Shown: positions 37,286 to 47,055 of the stretch, one piece after another | Layout: each line of letters starts with the position of its first letter | How positions within the stretch are numbered: the first letter of the stretch is position 1 | IMG/VR virus record: IMGVR_UViG_3300032893_000055 | Location: 1 to 56,680 of that record | Strand: one strand, 5' to 3' | DNA length: 56,680 nucleotides | From: a virus | Lineage: Duplodnaviria > Caudoviricetes | Translations under genes and position numbers: made by a program | The notes under the pieces: generated by a model | Seen by the model: only the letters and a program-made list of their open reading frames with translations | What the model was told of the DNA's origin: nothing | The model's database searches: none

Positions 37286-38734
37286 TTAAAATTCATCAAA
37301 TTCGCCGTTTAGCCATTTTTGATGTTCTTGTTCTTTTAAATGACCTTCTAGTTCAGCCTCGAACATTTTGTCTTCTTGTTGGTCGGCCCATTCTTTGGTA
37401 CCCCATTTGGGGTATTGAGGTTTAGGAGGTTCATAAGCGTAAGCAGGACTAAGTTTAAACGCGTATAACACTGCATCGATAATATCTGAGTGATATCGAG
37501 AGCTTACTACTATTCTGTCAGGTTTTGATTTATCTCTATCAATTTCAACTAGATACGAGTCTTGTACGAACTTAGAATCAGATTTAGCTTTAAGCTTACC
37601 GGTGCGTAAAGCATCGTTCATTAATTCTATGTTTTCCATTTTTCTGGTTTTATCAGCGGCTTCTACCGGGATTTGATATCGACGTATGATTTCTTCGCCG
37701 ATTTTTTTACCTAAACCGCCCATATCCATGACCATTTTGATTATGTCGTATTTTTGTTGAAGTATTTGAATTTGTTGAACTAATTCGGTTATACCTTGTT
37801 TAGGAGTAACTACTTCTTCGACTAGATAAGTCATAGGATCATCATCTGAATACCCTAATACGGCTAATGCGTCAGCGTCTTTGTATCCGATATCGATTCC
37901 TAATACATAGTGGTACTTGTTTTTTGCAGGTAAATCGAAATAATGGTTTTTGTTAGAATCGTAATGTATAAGTAATGAATCTGAATCTAATACCCATTTG
38001 CCGAACCACTCTCGTTGTATACTAGGGTCGTTTATAGTCGTTCCTCGGCGTCGCATTTCTCGATCAAATACCTGTTGGTGGGTCATTTTAGAAGTGATCG
38101 GTATGAACGGGTTGTCCCAAAACGTCCAATGATGCTTCGCCCATTCTTTTGACAAGACAGCGCATTCGTGGAAATAGCCCGTTGGAACCGGACCTGGAGT
38201 GCCAATAAGACAAAGAGACCCCGCGTAGTCAATAAGAGCGGGACCAATAATATCATCGATAAGATCTTTAATATACTCACGAAAGCTTTGGCACTCATCA
38301 ATATAACAAAGTTTGATAGGTAAACCACGAAATTTTTCAATTTCTGTCGCATCTTTAGCTCCTACGATATAAATTACTGCACCATTTTGGAATGTTATTG
38401 ATAGTTCTAAATCATTTATTTTAGTTTTAAGATCAAAATTTTTAATGATTTTTTTGAATTCTTTCCAAATAATACGTTTGCCGCTTGTTCCTGACAAAGT
38501 TATGTATAAATTAGTAGAATCCTTATTATTTATAGCAGTGTGTATTAAATGAGCCGCACAAGCTATTGTTTTACCGGCGCGGCGCGAACATACCGCTACT
38601 TTAAAAGGTGCAGGATCTTCGACAAAAGCAAGTTGTTTATCAAACAAAAATTGAGTGATATTAAACTGACGGCCATAAAACTTGTCTATGTCCGCTTGTG
38701 GTGTTTCTTGCTTAGGTCGAATTATTCGTTTCAC
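37286..38734 (-). CDS. terL: Terminase large subunit
   Basis: Walker A SRRAGKT, Walker B CYIDECQ, coupling motif GTPG, nuclease GIDIG..DA and HSDIIDA. Confidence 0.9.
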   Translation of the reverse strand: MKRIIRPKQETPQADIDKFYGRQFNITQFLFDKQLAFVEDPAPFKVAVCSRRAGKTIACAAHLIHTAINNKDSTNLYITLSGTSGKRIIWKEFKKIIKNFDLKTKINDLELSITFQNGAVIYIVGAKDATEIEKFRGLPIKLCYIDECQSFREYIKDLIDDIIGPALIDYAGSLCLIGTPGPVPTGYFHECAVLSKEWAKHHWTFWDNPFIPITSKMTHQQVFDREMRRRGTTINDPSIQREWFGKWVLDSDSLLIHYDSNKNHYFDLPAKNKYHYVLGIDIGYKDADALAVLGYSDDDPMTYLVEEVVTPKQGITELVQQIQILQQKYDIIKMVMDMGGLGKKIGEEIIRRYQIPVEAADKTRKMENIELMNDALRTGKLKAKSDSKFVQDSYLVEIDRDKSKPDRIVVSSRYHSDIIDAVLYAFKLSPAYAYEPPKPQYPKWGTKEWADQQEDKMFEAELEGHLKEQEHQKWLNGEFDEF

Positions 38735-38982
38735 ACAGGCTCAGCTAAAATGAAATGAGATACGTTAGTCATCGGAATAACGATTTCAACGGGTTTTTTA
38801 GATACTTTAGCTGTTAAGCTTAATAATAAAAAAGAACCTGTTTCAGGCGATGACAATAAAGCCATATCGAATTTACGATCTTGACTAAATTCTGACCTAT
38901 CTAATGTTGCTTTAAGTTGACCTACATCTTTGACGAATACTGGGTTGTGTAGGACTGCGTATGTTACTTTAGTTTTGAGCAC
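38731..38982 (-). CDS. Hypothetical protein
   Basis: ORF 38731-39018; likely GTG start at 38982 behind GGAG. Confidence 0.5.
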   Translation of the reverse strand: MLKTKVTYAVLHNPVFVKDVGQLKATLDRSEFSQDRKFDMALLSSPETGSFLLLSLTAKVSKKPVEIVIPMTNVSHFILAEPV

Positions 38983-39208
38983 TTGGGGTCTCCTGTGTTT
39001 GAGTTTGTTTTTGTGCATTTAGTTCTTTACGTGCGGCTGCTTCGCGGTTAATAGCTTCGAGTCTGTTATTGATATAATCCAGTTCTTTAGAATAAATTCT
39101 AATTTGATATTGTAACAATCCCGCTCTAAAACAGCGTTCACTGTTTTCTCTTTCGATTTCTTCCAATTCTCTAGGTACTGAAAGCTTTTTTCCTTGTTTT
39201 TTAGACAT
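38969..39208 (-). CDS. Hypothetical coiled-coil protein
   Basis: 79 aa, AAGGAG RBS. Confidence 0.6.
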   Translation of the reverse strand: MSKKQGKKLSVPRELEEIERENSERCFRAGLLQYQIRIYSKELDYINNRLEAINREAAARKELNAQKQTQTQETPSAQN

Positions 39209-39216
39209 ATGACTCC

Positions 39217-39639
39217 TTATTTTATTGCAAATGGGTTAAAAACGATGTTTGGAAACTTTTGTTTGACTAAATCTTTAGTAGAATCAGTAAGATGTGTTAC
39301 ATATGTAGGAAACTGAGGAAGCAAGTTAGTTCCTACACGTTTGTTACGCCAATCTTTTTTTACATACACCCACATAATGCCTTGGTAGTCAGCGCTGAGT
39401 ATGCTGTATCCAATGATTATGGAATGATCGTCAGAAGGACATGCTATTTTAACAGTAAAATTAGGACTATTGATGAAATGCTCGATTACTTGTTTGTAAT
39501 TCTGCATAAACACCGATTTATCGATCATGTTGAACCAAGAATTGCCATAATAATTGCCGTTAAGAAAACTAGCAATAATAAAGTTCTTATCAAGTTCCTG
39601 CATGTCTCTGATGTCATATAACCCTGTAAAATCTGTCAT
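39217..39639 (-). CDS. GNAT-like protein
   Basis: IIGYSI..WVYVKKDWRNKRVGTNLL resembles the acetyl-CoA binding motif; start at the ATGA overlap. Confidence 0.55.
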   Translation of the reverse strand: MTDFTGLYDIRDMQELDKNFIIASFLNGNYYGNSWFNMIDKSVFMQNYKQVIEHFINSPNFTVKIACPSDDHSIIIGYSILSADYQGIMWVYVKKDWRNKRVGTNLLPQFPTYVTHLTDSTKDLVKQKFPNIVFNPFAIK

Positions 39640-40019
39640 GGTTGTAAATACCTGCGTTTCATTATCTCGCGTAGTTTTTTCACTGTTAGCCATATTTTTG
39701 TTTTACTCGTTCCGGATAAATTAACTTTTTGTAAAAGTTTTGATATACTTCGAGTGCCTATACCATTCGTATGGTACTCCCATACTATGCGATCGAACTC
39801 AGATTCGAATTCATATTCATGTAAAAAATGAAATGCCATCCTGTAATAAGCTTGAACCGCATCTATTTGGATTTGAGTATAATGTTTATTTTTATCTCTT
39901 TGTCTTCTAAACGCAGAAGATTTTAAACTACCGTCTTTATACTCAATGTCTTCAAACCCAGATTTTTTTAATTTCTCATACCATGAGTTTTTAAGCTTTT
40001 TGAATTCCTTGTTGTTCAT
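39636..40019 (-). CDS. Putative DNA-binding protein with sigma region-4-like HTH
   Basis: DRIVWEYHTNGIGTRSISKLL....SKTKIWLTVKKL pattern. Confidence 0.45.
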   Translation of the reverse strand: MNNKEFKKLKNSWYEKLKKSGFEDIEYKDGSLKSSAFRRQRDKNKHYTQIQIDAVQAYYRMAFHFLHEYEFESEFDRIVWEYHTNGIGTRSISKLLQKVNLSGTSKTKIWLTVKKLREIMKRRYLQP

Positions 40020-40410
40020 TTGCCACTTGTAAGTCTGAAGCGGCTGCCCCCGCTGGAGGATTTGCCAGGGCAGCCGCCTGCTGTTGTTCTTCTTGTTGTT
40101 TTTTAGCAGCGTCCTGTGCTGCTTTTTGAGCTTCTTTAATGTCTTGGATAACTTGCGAAACTACTTGGTTCGCTGCGCCTTTAAGGAGTTTGCGAACAAA
40201 ATACATTTTGGGTTTAGAAGAAGCCGTTTCGCCTAAATGCAGGACAGCTACGGCCAGAGCCCATTTTAAACTTGTCTCATCAGCAATAGGTCCAACCAAC
40301 TCAATAATAGAGTTAGACCATTTATTAAATTCAGTCATTCCAACTGGAAGTCTTGTAGGTAGATAAGCTAAAATTCTCTTAATAACCAATGTATTCAATT
40401 TAAATTTCAT
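39991..40410 (-). CDS. Hypothetical protein
   Basis: Start at MKFKLN behind GAGGG. Confidence 0.6.
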   Translation of the reverse strand: MKFKLNTLVIKRILAYLPTRLPVGMTEFNKWSNSIIELVGPIADETSLKWALAVAVLHLGETASSKPKMYFVRKLLKGAANQVVSQVIQDIKEAQKAAQDAAKKQQEEQQQAAALANPPAGAAASDLQVANEQQGIQKA

Positions 40411-40428
40411 ATTCCCTCGCATATATTC

Positions 40429-40457
40429 AATATGACACAAGTTTCATAATGAGTCAA
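40429..40457 (-). promoter_or_regulatory. Candidate sigma70-type promoter for the block leading to terminase
   Basis: TTGACT-17 nt-CATATT with TG extension. Confidence 0.5.
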
Positions 40458-40464
40458 TACTCGA

Positions 40465-42564
40465 TTATACTTCTGCTAAATTTTTTCCTATTTTAGGAAT
40501 AGCCTCAAATTGAATACCTTCGAGATGAACGGTGTCTTCCATAGCTGATTGAAGTAATAACGATACTGTTTCGGCGTCTTTTTCATCGCATTCTACGACT
40601 AAACTGTCATGAACTTGAACAACTATTTTAGCGTTTAGTCCTAACTTATTGAAATTATTATATAAAGCAATAGCTGCTCGATTCATTATACTAGCGCCGG
40701 TTGATTGAATCCTATGATTAACCGCTAGGTTAAGCATATTACGAATTTCATAAGGAAGATCCTTGTGTTGCGCTTTACCGTATATCTTATCGATTTTCTT
40801 GGCGTCTGGCATTCGTCTAGGACGGCCAAATATATTTGTAACATATCCGTTACATTTGGCTTGTTTATGTGATTCTAGCATCATTTGTTGTACACCGGGG
40901 AAGCTTTCGAAATAATTGTCAATATCTTGTTGGGTATCTTCTATAGATTTGCCTGTAGTAGGCGCTAATTGATGCGCAGTAGCCCCATAAGTAACTGCTA
41001 ATGCTATAGTTTTTGACATATCTCTAAGTTTTTTGTATTTTATTCCAAAAGCGTCTGGACTTCCTTCTTTCCTTGGAATACAATCCGTTTTATTATAAAC
41101 ATTCATGCCGATAACACTATAAAAATCATCTTCGCCCCTGAAAGCTTCCATAAGTCTTTGATCTTTACTAAAATAAGCGAATACTCTTGGTTCTAGTTGA
41201 GATTGATCGGCTCCTACAAATATTTTACCTGGGCGTGCTATGAAACAAGTTTTAATTCGTTTATCGTCTCTAGGTAAATTCTGAAGATTGGGATTCCGTG
41301 ATGCATATCGGCCTGAGGTTGTGCCGTGTTGTAGGAAACTTGGGTTAATAATGCCATATTGGATTCGTTCTTCTATTCCTTCAACGTAAGTGTTTAAAAG
41401 CTTCATTTTGCGTTGATATTCTAGAAGTTTTTCAATCCATTTATATTTGTCTGCATATTTTTGTAATGTTTTTTTATCGCATGCGATGTAATGCCAAGGA
41501 TCTCTGATTTTTTTCGCTTTAATAATACCTTTAGAAGTTTTAGCCTCAGGTTGATACACCTGGTTTTTACGGATTGTGCATTGATGAATGAATTCTTGTT
41601 TTGCTGAAGGAGTATAAGGTAGTTTTAAGCCCATTCCTCTACAAACTTCTTTACCTGCGTCTGTAAGCGTACTAAATGTAAAATCGAGTTGCACGAATAA
41701 AAGCCATGCTAATTGCGAGCTTGCGCCTATGTTGAACGTATTCTTTTTATTAGTGCCTGGATATTTTTCTTTGATATGTGGCTCTATTTCTTTATAAATG
41801 AAATGTTTAGCTTCTTCACATTCAGCTTGTAATGTTTTTTTAAGAGTTAAAAGTGCTTTATTATCTATCTGAAGCCCAGTAGTGTTTAAATCATACGTAG
41901 GACCTCGTAACAATGGCATAGACTCGTCTTCATAAAAGAATTTTTCTAGGTTTTGATCATATAATTCTAGTATTAAAATTTGGAATAATCTATAAGTCAA
42001 TAAAGCGTCTTTAGCTCCATATCTAGCTATTAATTGACTGTCTGCTTTCCACATTTCATATTCAGTTTTAGTTATTTTACCGCCATTATCGGCTATAGAT
42101 TGTTTCATTAGTTTTTGTTCTTCTATAGAATCTTCACCAAAGTATTCAAGGCCTAGTTCTTTTAAACCTACTCGACGGTTTTCATTTAAAAGATGTGCTA
42201 AAATCATTGTATCTGTATGTAAATTGTCTATTAGTCTTATTTTAAAATGAGCTTCAGTCATCATACAGTCGAAAATACCATTGTGCATGATTAAGTTTTT
42301 AGTTTTAAGCAGTTTTATAAGATTTATTACATTCGATTTTATTTCATCTATGTATACAAGTTTTTGTGTGCTGGTGTCATATTTAGCAATAATAATATAA
42401 TAGGCTTCAGTTTCGTCTGCACACACAGACATCCCTATTATTTCATCTTGTTTAGTTAGTCCGGTAGTTTCTGTGTCAAAAGCAATAAAATCTTTGGATT
42501 CCAAGTATTCCATCAAGTGTAATAACTTATCGAGAGTATCAATGATGATTAGATTTTGAGTCAT
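40465..42564 (-). CDS. polA: Family A DNA polymerase with 3'-5' exonuclease
   Basis: FDTETTG, HNGIFD, TTSGRYASRNPNLQNLP, motif A ADQSQLEPR, motif B RDMSKTIALAVTYG, motif C QVHDS. Confidence 0.95.
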   Translation of the reverse strand: MTQNLIIIDTLDKLLHLMEYLESKDFIAFDTETTGLTKQDEIIGMSVCADETEAYYIIIAKYDTSTQKLVYIDEIKSNVINLIKLLKTKNLIMHNGIFDCMMTEAHFKIRLIDNLHTDTMILAHLLNENRRVGLKELGLEYFGEDSIEEQKLMKQSIADNGGKITKTEYEMWKADSQLIARYGAKDALLTYRLFQILILELYDQNLEKFFYEDESMPLLRGPTYDLNTTGLQIDNKALLTLKKTLQAECEEAKHFIYKEIEPHIKEKYPGTNKKNTFNIGASSQLAWLLFVQLDFTFSTLTDAGKEVCRGMGLKLPYTPSAKQEFIHQCTIRKNQVYQPEAKTSKGIIKAKKIRDPWHYIACDKKTLQKYADKYKWIEKLLEYQRKMKLLNTYVEGIEERIQYGIINPSFLQHGTTSGRYASRNPNLQNLPRDDKRIKTCFIARPGKIFVGADQSQLEPRVFAYFSKDQRLMEAFRGEDDFYSVIGMNVYNKTDCIPRKEGSPDAFGIKYKKLRDMSKTIALAVTYGATAHQLAPTTGKSIEDTQQDIDNYFESFPGVQQMMLESHKQAKCNGYVTNIFGRPRRMPDAKKIDKIYGKAQHKDLPYEIRNMLNLAVNHRIQSTGASIMNRAAIALYNNFNKLGLNAKIVVQVHDSLVVECDEKDAETVSLLLQSAMEDTVHLEGIQFEAIPKIGKNLAEV

Positions 42565-44383
42565 CTATTTTTACCTCTGTTCTACGACTTTCATATGTTA
42601 CTATATCAGTCTTTTTATCGGCTTTCCTAGCATTAGTAGCTTGATTTACCCAATATTTAGCTGAGGTTTCTTCGTCTTGTGTCATTTCTCTGAGGCGTTC
42701 AGTAGATGGATCAAAATAAAATTGGTAACAAACATCTTCTTTTATTCTATCTAGATGTTGTTTTTTATGTCGTATTTTAGCGAATTTTAAAGCGATTACT
42801 GTAGGTGCGCCCTGTGCATACATGCGTTTTAATGGCTGCCATAAGCATATACAGTAGTCTACGAAAGATTCAAAAAACACTGTGCCGTAGGCAGCGTTTT
42901 TATCGAGTTCTAAATCACCGATTCCAGCTTTTTCTCTTGGGGCTTGTGAAAGCATTAAAAGCATTATGTTAAGTTTTACAGCTACAGCTTTCATTTCACG
43001 ACAAACGCCTATCAATCCTTCGTTTTCACCATTCTTGTTTTGTTTGTCTAAAACACCTATGTGATCGATAACTACAGCGCCTATTTTATGACCTGATTGA
43101 GCTTCTAGTTGAGCGATATATTCTTCTATAAGTTTCATTGAAAAATGATTATAAGTTCCATCGTCGTTATAATTAGAAACAATATGAATTTTATCATATA
43201 ACGATTCATTACCGTTACAAATCGTTTTAATACGTTGAGCTATTTCGCCTGAAGGTTGTTCTAATGAAAAAAATACATGGTGATAATCAGGGTTATATTG
43301 AGCAAACCATAAAAACGTATTTAATGTTAACGTAGTTTTACCGACTCCTGATCCTCCGATAATGCCGATTACCTGGCCGAGTCTGAATCCGTGTTCAGTA
43401 TCATCAATAAGCTTACTACAAGGGAATCTAGTACCGGATAGAGCTTCGTCGCCTTTGGCTAGGATGTCTCTTACTGTGGGTGCGAGTTTAACTGTTTTTT
43501 TGTCTTCAGCAGCTTCATAAGTCCATATTTTGTCTACTATATTAGAAGCGTAATTGATTCTATGAACAGGCGCTCGTTGACTAGCTTTTGCGCTGTTAGC
43601 TAAAACAGACATAGCTTCTTGTTTAGTAAATTCGTTTGCATGCATAATATGGGCCAATCTAAAATCGCTTTTAGATCTATCATCAGACGGCGTACCCCAT
43701 ATTTTTTTAACTTCGGCGTTTTCATGCAGTAGTTTGCCCCATTTAGCAGGCATTGTATCTGTTATTTTATAGTTTTCTTGATTAATATTATATGTTTTAT
43801 TATAATGATTTATACAATATTCTTCGTCTTCCCTAGAAATAGGCGGTAGAAGCTTGTCTAATTGTTCAGAAGTGTACGATGTATCGTCTTTAAACAAAAT
43901 CTCGCACGGTATAAGATTGTCTTGTTTTTTAGTATTTAAAGTGCCTGGAAGTCTCATTAATTGAAGAAGTTTAGCTACAGCTTCGTCTGTACGAAAAAAA
44001 CGTAATAACCTACGCTGGAATCGTAAGTAAGATTTAGCGTCTAAATCTGTAACAGACCAATATACGTGTATGCCGTTGCCTGAGTCTACAACTGTGGTTG
44101 GTAAAATACCGGATTCAGCTATTTTAGCCAGGAAAGCATCTTTATCTGTATATACACCGTCTTTTAGATCCATGTCTACAAACACATAAGAAAATGTGTC
44201 TATATCTGAGCCTGATATAGGAGACATTTCTTCTGTATAACTACTTGGATTATTAGGAAAATAATAAACGTTGTAATGTTGATTTCTATTAAAATTAAAG
44301 ACTTGTTCTTCCGTTAACAAGCCTTCAATGACTTTTTGATCAGTTATAGCCCATCCTGGGGCTATAAGTCTGCATAAAAGCAT
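42539..44383 (-). CDS. Primase (RepB'/AEP-like)-DnaB-like helicase fusion
   Basis: FVDMD, VDSGNGIHVYW, LMRLPGT; helicase GGSGVGKT, FSLE, VVIDH, LSQ. Confidence 0.85.
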   Translation of the reverse strand: MLLCRLIAPGWAITDQKVIEGLLTEEQVFNFNRNQHYNVYYFPNNPSSYTEEMSPISGSDIDTFSYVFVDMDLKDGVYTDKDAFLAKIAESGILPTTVVDSGNGIHVYWSVTDLDAKSYLRFQRRLLRFFRTDEAVAKLLQLMRLPGTLNTKKQDNLIPCEILFKDDTSYTSEQLDKLLPPISREDEEYCINHYNKTYNINQENYKITDTMPAKWGKLLHENAEVKKIWGTPSDDRSKSDFRLAHIMHANEFTKQEAMSVLANSAKASQRAPVHRINYASNIVDKIWTYEAAEDKKTVKLAPTVRDILAKGDEALSGTRFPCSKLIDDTEHGFRLGQVIGIIGGSGVGKTTLTLNTFLWFAQYNPDYHHVFFSLEQPSGEIAQRIKTICNGNESLYDKIHIVSNYNDDGTYNHFSMKLIEEYIAQLEAQSGHKIGAVVIDHIGVLDKQNKNGENEGLIGVCREMKAVAVKLNIMLLMLSQAPREKAGIGDLELDKNAAYGTVFFESFVDYCICLWQPLKRMYAQGAPTVIALKFAKIRHKKQHLDRIKEDVCYQFYFDPSTERLREMTQDEETSAKYWVNQATNARKADKKTDIVTYESRRTEVKIDDSKSNHH

Positions 44384-44384
44384 G

Positions 44385-44936
44385 TTATTTACGTTTGTTA
44401 CCTTTTAACAAAGCCTCTACTTGTGCTTTACGCTCGGCTGCGCTTAAGCTGTTTGCGTTACTGGCTGCGGCTGACAATCCAGCAACGCCAGAATTATAAT
44501 TGTACCCGGTGTCTTCTGATTCTTCGTCAGCATCGCCGTTATCGACTGTTTCATCGGCTGCCTCGTTAACAGTTTCAGAAGCTAAATTTGAGACGTCGAT
44601 TGTGTTGTCTGGATCGACTTCGAGTTTATATTTATACATATCGCCGTTTGGTGTGGGTACAGTACCGGCTGCTGTAATACGAATCATTTGACCTGGAGTT
44701 ACGCTCATTAGTTTTCGATCTAAATCTGTTTTACCCCAAACGCCTACGTTTCCTTTGTTTGTTTGAAGAAAATAAATATAAGAAACCCCTGATTTCTTCT
44801 TTTTATCTTCCACGGCACGTTTGCCTAGGTAGTATCCTTCAATTTCTGTAGGATTCTTTTTGTTTGTTTTTCTGTTTATTCCGCCTAGAGCGATTGTTAC
44901 GTCAGCTTCTAGTGCTACTACTTCTTTAAAAGCCAT
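44385..44936 (-). CDS. Putative single-stranded DNA-binding protein
   Basis: OB-like N-terminal domain (IEGYY..GVWGKTDLD..GQMIRIT), acidic linker, next to primase; GGAGG RBS before 44936. Confidence 0.6.
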   Translation of the reverse strand: MAFKEVVALEADVTIALGGINRKTNKKNPTEIEGYYLGKRAVEDKKKKSGVSYIYFLQTNKGNVGVWGKTDLDRKLMSVTPGQMIRITAAGTVPTPNGDMYKYKLEVDPDNTIDVSNLASETVNEAADETVDNGDADEESEDTGYNYNSGVAGLSAAASNANSLSAAERKAQVEALLKGNKRK

Positions 44937-44946
44937 TTTGGCCCTC

Positions 44947-45147
44947 CTATTGTAAAGTACTCTTGTCATCTAAATAATCACACAACAAATCATGTGAACT
45001 TTTAAACTCATTTATAAATTCTATAGTTCCTTGAGATATATATCCATCTCTTTTAACATCTTGCGCTGCGCTGTTACATAAGTCAACAGCTATTTGAATA
45101 AGATGTACTAATTGAGCGTTAGTGTTATCAGTTTTTATGTCTGTCAT
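44947..45147 (-). CDS. Hypothetical protein
   Basis: 66 aa. Confidence 0.55.
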   Translation of the reverse strand: MTDIKTDNTNAQLVHLIQIAVDLCNSAAQDVKRDGYISQGTIEFINEFKSSHDLLCDYLDDKSTLQ

Positions 45148-45445
45148 CGATTAATGTCCCTAATTCTTGTTGTCTTAACAACATTGCACAACAAGCTCTA
45201 ACAGAGCCTAAATGTGGCTGTCCGTCTACTGGATCGTTTTCTTCCCCTTCAAACCACGCATAAGCGTGTCTTAACAAAGCCGCCATAAGTTGACTTGCTT
45301 TATGCCCTTTACAATAATTATATCTTCCGTATTTTTGCTCGCCTACCATAAAAGCTTGAGCTTCAGCTATTTGAGCTACGTAAGGAATCAAAGATAAATC
45401 AGGTTTTTGTTTATCGTTCTTCGAAGCTTGCTGTTCGTCTGACAT
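45128..45445 (-). CDS. dATP/dGTP diphosphohydrolase-domain protein (DUF5664-like)
   Basis: KNDKQKPDLSLIP..GEQKYGRYNY.KG..ALLRH..GEENDP.DG.PHL. Confidence 0.85.
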   Translation of the reverse strand: MSDEQQASKNDKQKPDLSLIPYVAQIAEAQAFMVGEQKYGRYNYCKGHKASQLMAALLRHAYAWFEGEENDPVDGQPHLGSVRACCAMLLRQQELGTLIDDRHKN

Positions 45446-45833
45446 TAGTTCCTCGAGTAGAGTGCCATTTTTTAAATACTTTAGCTGAATATTTTGTAAT
45501 AGTCAAGTTTTTTGCGTTACCCATATTATACGCTATCACGCCTCGTTGAACTGAATGATATCGTTTTATTTGATAAGATAAATATTTAGCGGCATAATAC
45601 ATGTTGGTTTCTGGATTCATTAATTGTTTTTTAGTTCCTTTAAAACCTAACCATTTAGCCGTATTTAATTTAATTTGGCAAACACCTAGGCTATCTTCGC
45701 CGCCGTCATCATGATGAACTGCGTTAATGTTATAACTGCTTTCAATGAAACACAATGAGGCCAATAAATCGGTCGGTAGATCGAATTTGGCTGATGTCGC
45801 TGAAAATAATGTTAATAATATAAGTGTGTTCAT
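45411..45833 (-). CDS. Lytic transglycosylase (SLT family) with N-terminal signal sequence
   Basis: IESSYN (catalytic Glu), GVCQI, L.NPETN..AAKYL, AYNMG; MNTLILLTLFSATSA leader. Confidence 0.85.
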   Translation of the reverse strand: MNTLILLTLFSATSAKFDLPTDLLASLCFIESSYNINAVHHDDGGEDSLGVCQIKLNTAKWLGFKGTKKQLMNPETNMYYAAKYLSYQIKRYHSVQRGVIAYNMGNAKNLTITKYSAKVFKKWHSTRGTNVRRTASFEER

Positions 45834-45893
45834 ACCTATATTATACACTGAAATGGTGAGAATTTGAGTTAAATTTGTATTTGTATCAAAATA

Positions 45894-46595
45894 CTACAAT
45901 CGGCCAGTCCAACGACCGTTTCGATTTAAGACCATAGGTATGATATGTGGTATACCGCATAAAATGATTAAGATTGAGACAATAGGACGTTTAGGATTAA
46001 CTTTGTTGTATCCTAAAGCTAAAGATTTATCATCGGCTAGACAACCCGTATGTGCATCAAACATTAATCGTTCAGGCGTAGAAATATATGTTATTTGAGC
46101 TTTTTCATGATAATGGCCTTGTACACATGACATACCGTATAGTGAGGCTAGTCGTCCTGGAGTAGCGGATTTACCGTGGCAAAAATACACTGGGCCGTTT
46201 ATAGTTTGTATAATAACGTCGAATACCCACTTCCAATTTTTTGGAGCGTCTAATATCTCATTATAAGATTTAATAGCTTTACGCGGTATTTTGCCTGTTA
46301 TAGCTTTACGTAAAACCATTGAGCCGTGATTGGATTCAACTACAGTAACTTTAGGAAACAATTTATATATTGGTTTTAAAGAAGTTATAGCTTTTTCTAG
46401 TTCTATTCCTGCGCTGTCTAAATCAGGATCAGAATCGTGAAAACTAGCATCATGAAAATCCGCCTCGTCACCAATACATACGACTGTATCAGGTTTATAT
46501 TTAGTTTTAACAGCTTTTAAAAATGCGACTATATCCGGATGCGCGTAAGGATGATGCATATCACTAATAACTAAAATGCTTTTAGCTAATTTCAT
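45894..46595 (-). CDS. Calcineurin-like metallophosphoesterase
   Basis: ISDMH, GDEAD, SNH, HG, GHYH. Confidence 0.85.
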   Translation of the reverse strand: MKLAKSILVISDMHHPYAHPDIVAFLKAVKTKYKPDTVVCIGDEADFHDASFHDSDPDLDSAGIELEKAITSLKPIYKLFPKVTVVESNHGSMVLRKAITGKIPRKAIKSYNEILDAPKNWKWVFDVIIQTINGPVYFCHGKSATPGRLASLYGMSCVQGHYHEKAQITYISTPERLMFDAHTGCLADDKSLALGYNKVNPKRPIVSILIILCGIPHIIPMVLNRNGRWTGRL

Positions 46596-46753
46596 TTATC
46601 TTCCTTTTTAGGTTTGGTTTTATCTGTTTTGGTTGATCCGCACCACGCACATTGTCCTGAGGACACGGCTAACGCATAATTTTCTCTAAAACAATCAAAA
46701 CAACGCTGTAAATAAAATTTACCATTTGCCCAAAATCCATGTCCTTTTTTCAT
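46592..46753 (-). CDS. Small zinc-ribbon protein (53 aa, not in ORF track)
   Basis: CFDC..CAWC; ATGA overlaps at both ends; GGAGG RBS. Confidence 0.65.
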   Translation of the reverse strand: MKKGHGFWANGKFYLQRCFDCFRENYALAVSSGQCAWCGSTKTDKTKPKKEDK

Positions 46754-47055
46754 ATACCCTCCAACGGTATGTCGTATTTTGATAAATAGTTTAACAGTTT
46801 AGTAGCAGATTCAATAGTTTGTCTACCTACCAAGAATTTATTGCATCTGAAGCATAACAACCCACGCACACGCCCTGTTTTGTGATTATGATCTACGTGT
46901 AAGCGTTTAGCGAATTCAGTTTCATGCCGTTTACAGATTGCACACCTGCCTTCTTGATGATCGTACAGTTTTTGGCGTTCTAATTCACATTCTTTCAACG
47001 TTAGATGAGGCCAATATTTTCTTAATCCTGAAGGTCTTGGTTTACGTTTCGCCAT
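46750..47055 (-). CDS. Endonuclease VII-family nuclease
   Basis: Q.GRCAIC..LHVDHNH.TG.VRGLLC..CN. Confidence 0.9.
   Translation of the reverse strand: MAKRKPRPSGLRKYWPHLTLKECELERQKLYDHQEGRCAICKRHETEFAKRLHVDHNHKTGRVRGLLCFRCNKFLVGRQTIESATKLLNYLSKYDIPLEGI

Noticed and set aside
45128-45445. Z-genome (2-aminoadenine) pathway
   Set aside because: No PurZ-like adenylosuccinate synthetase in the genome.
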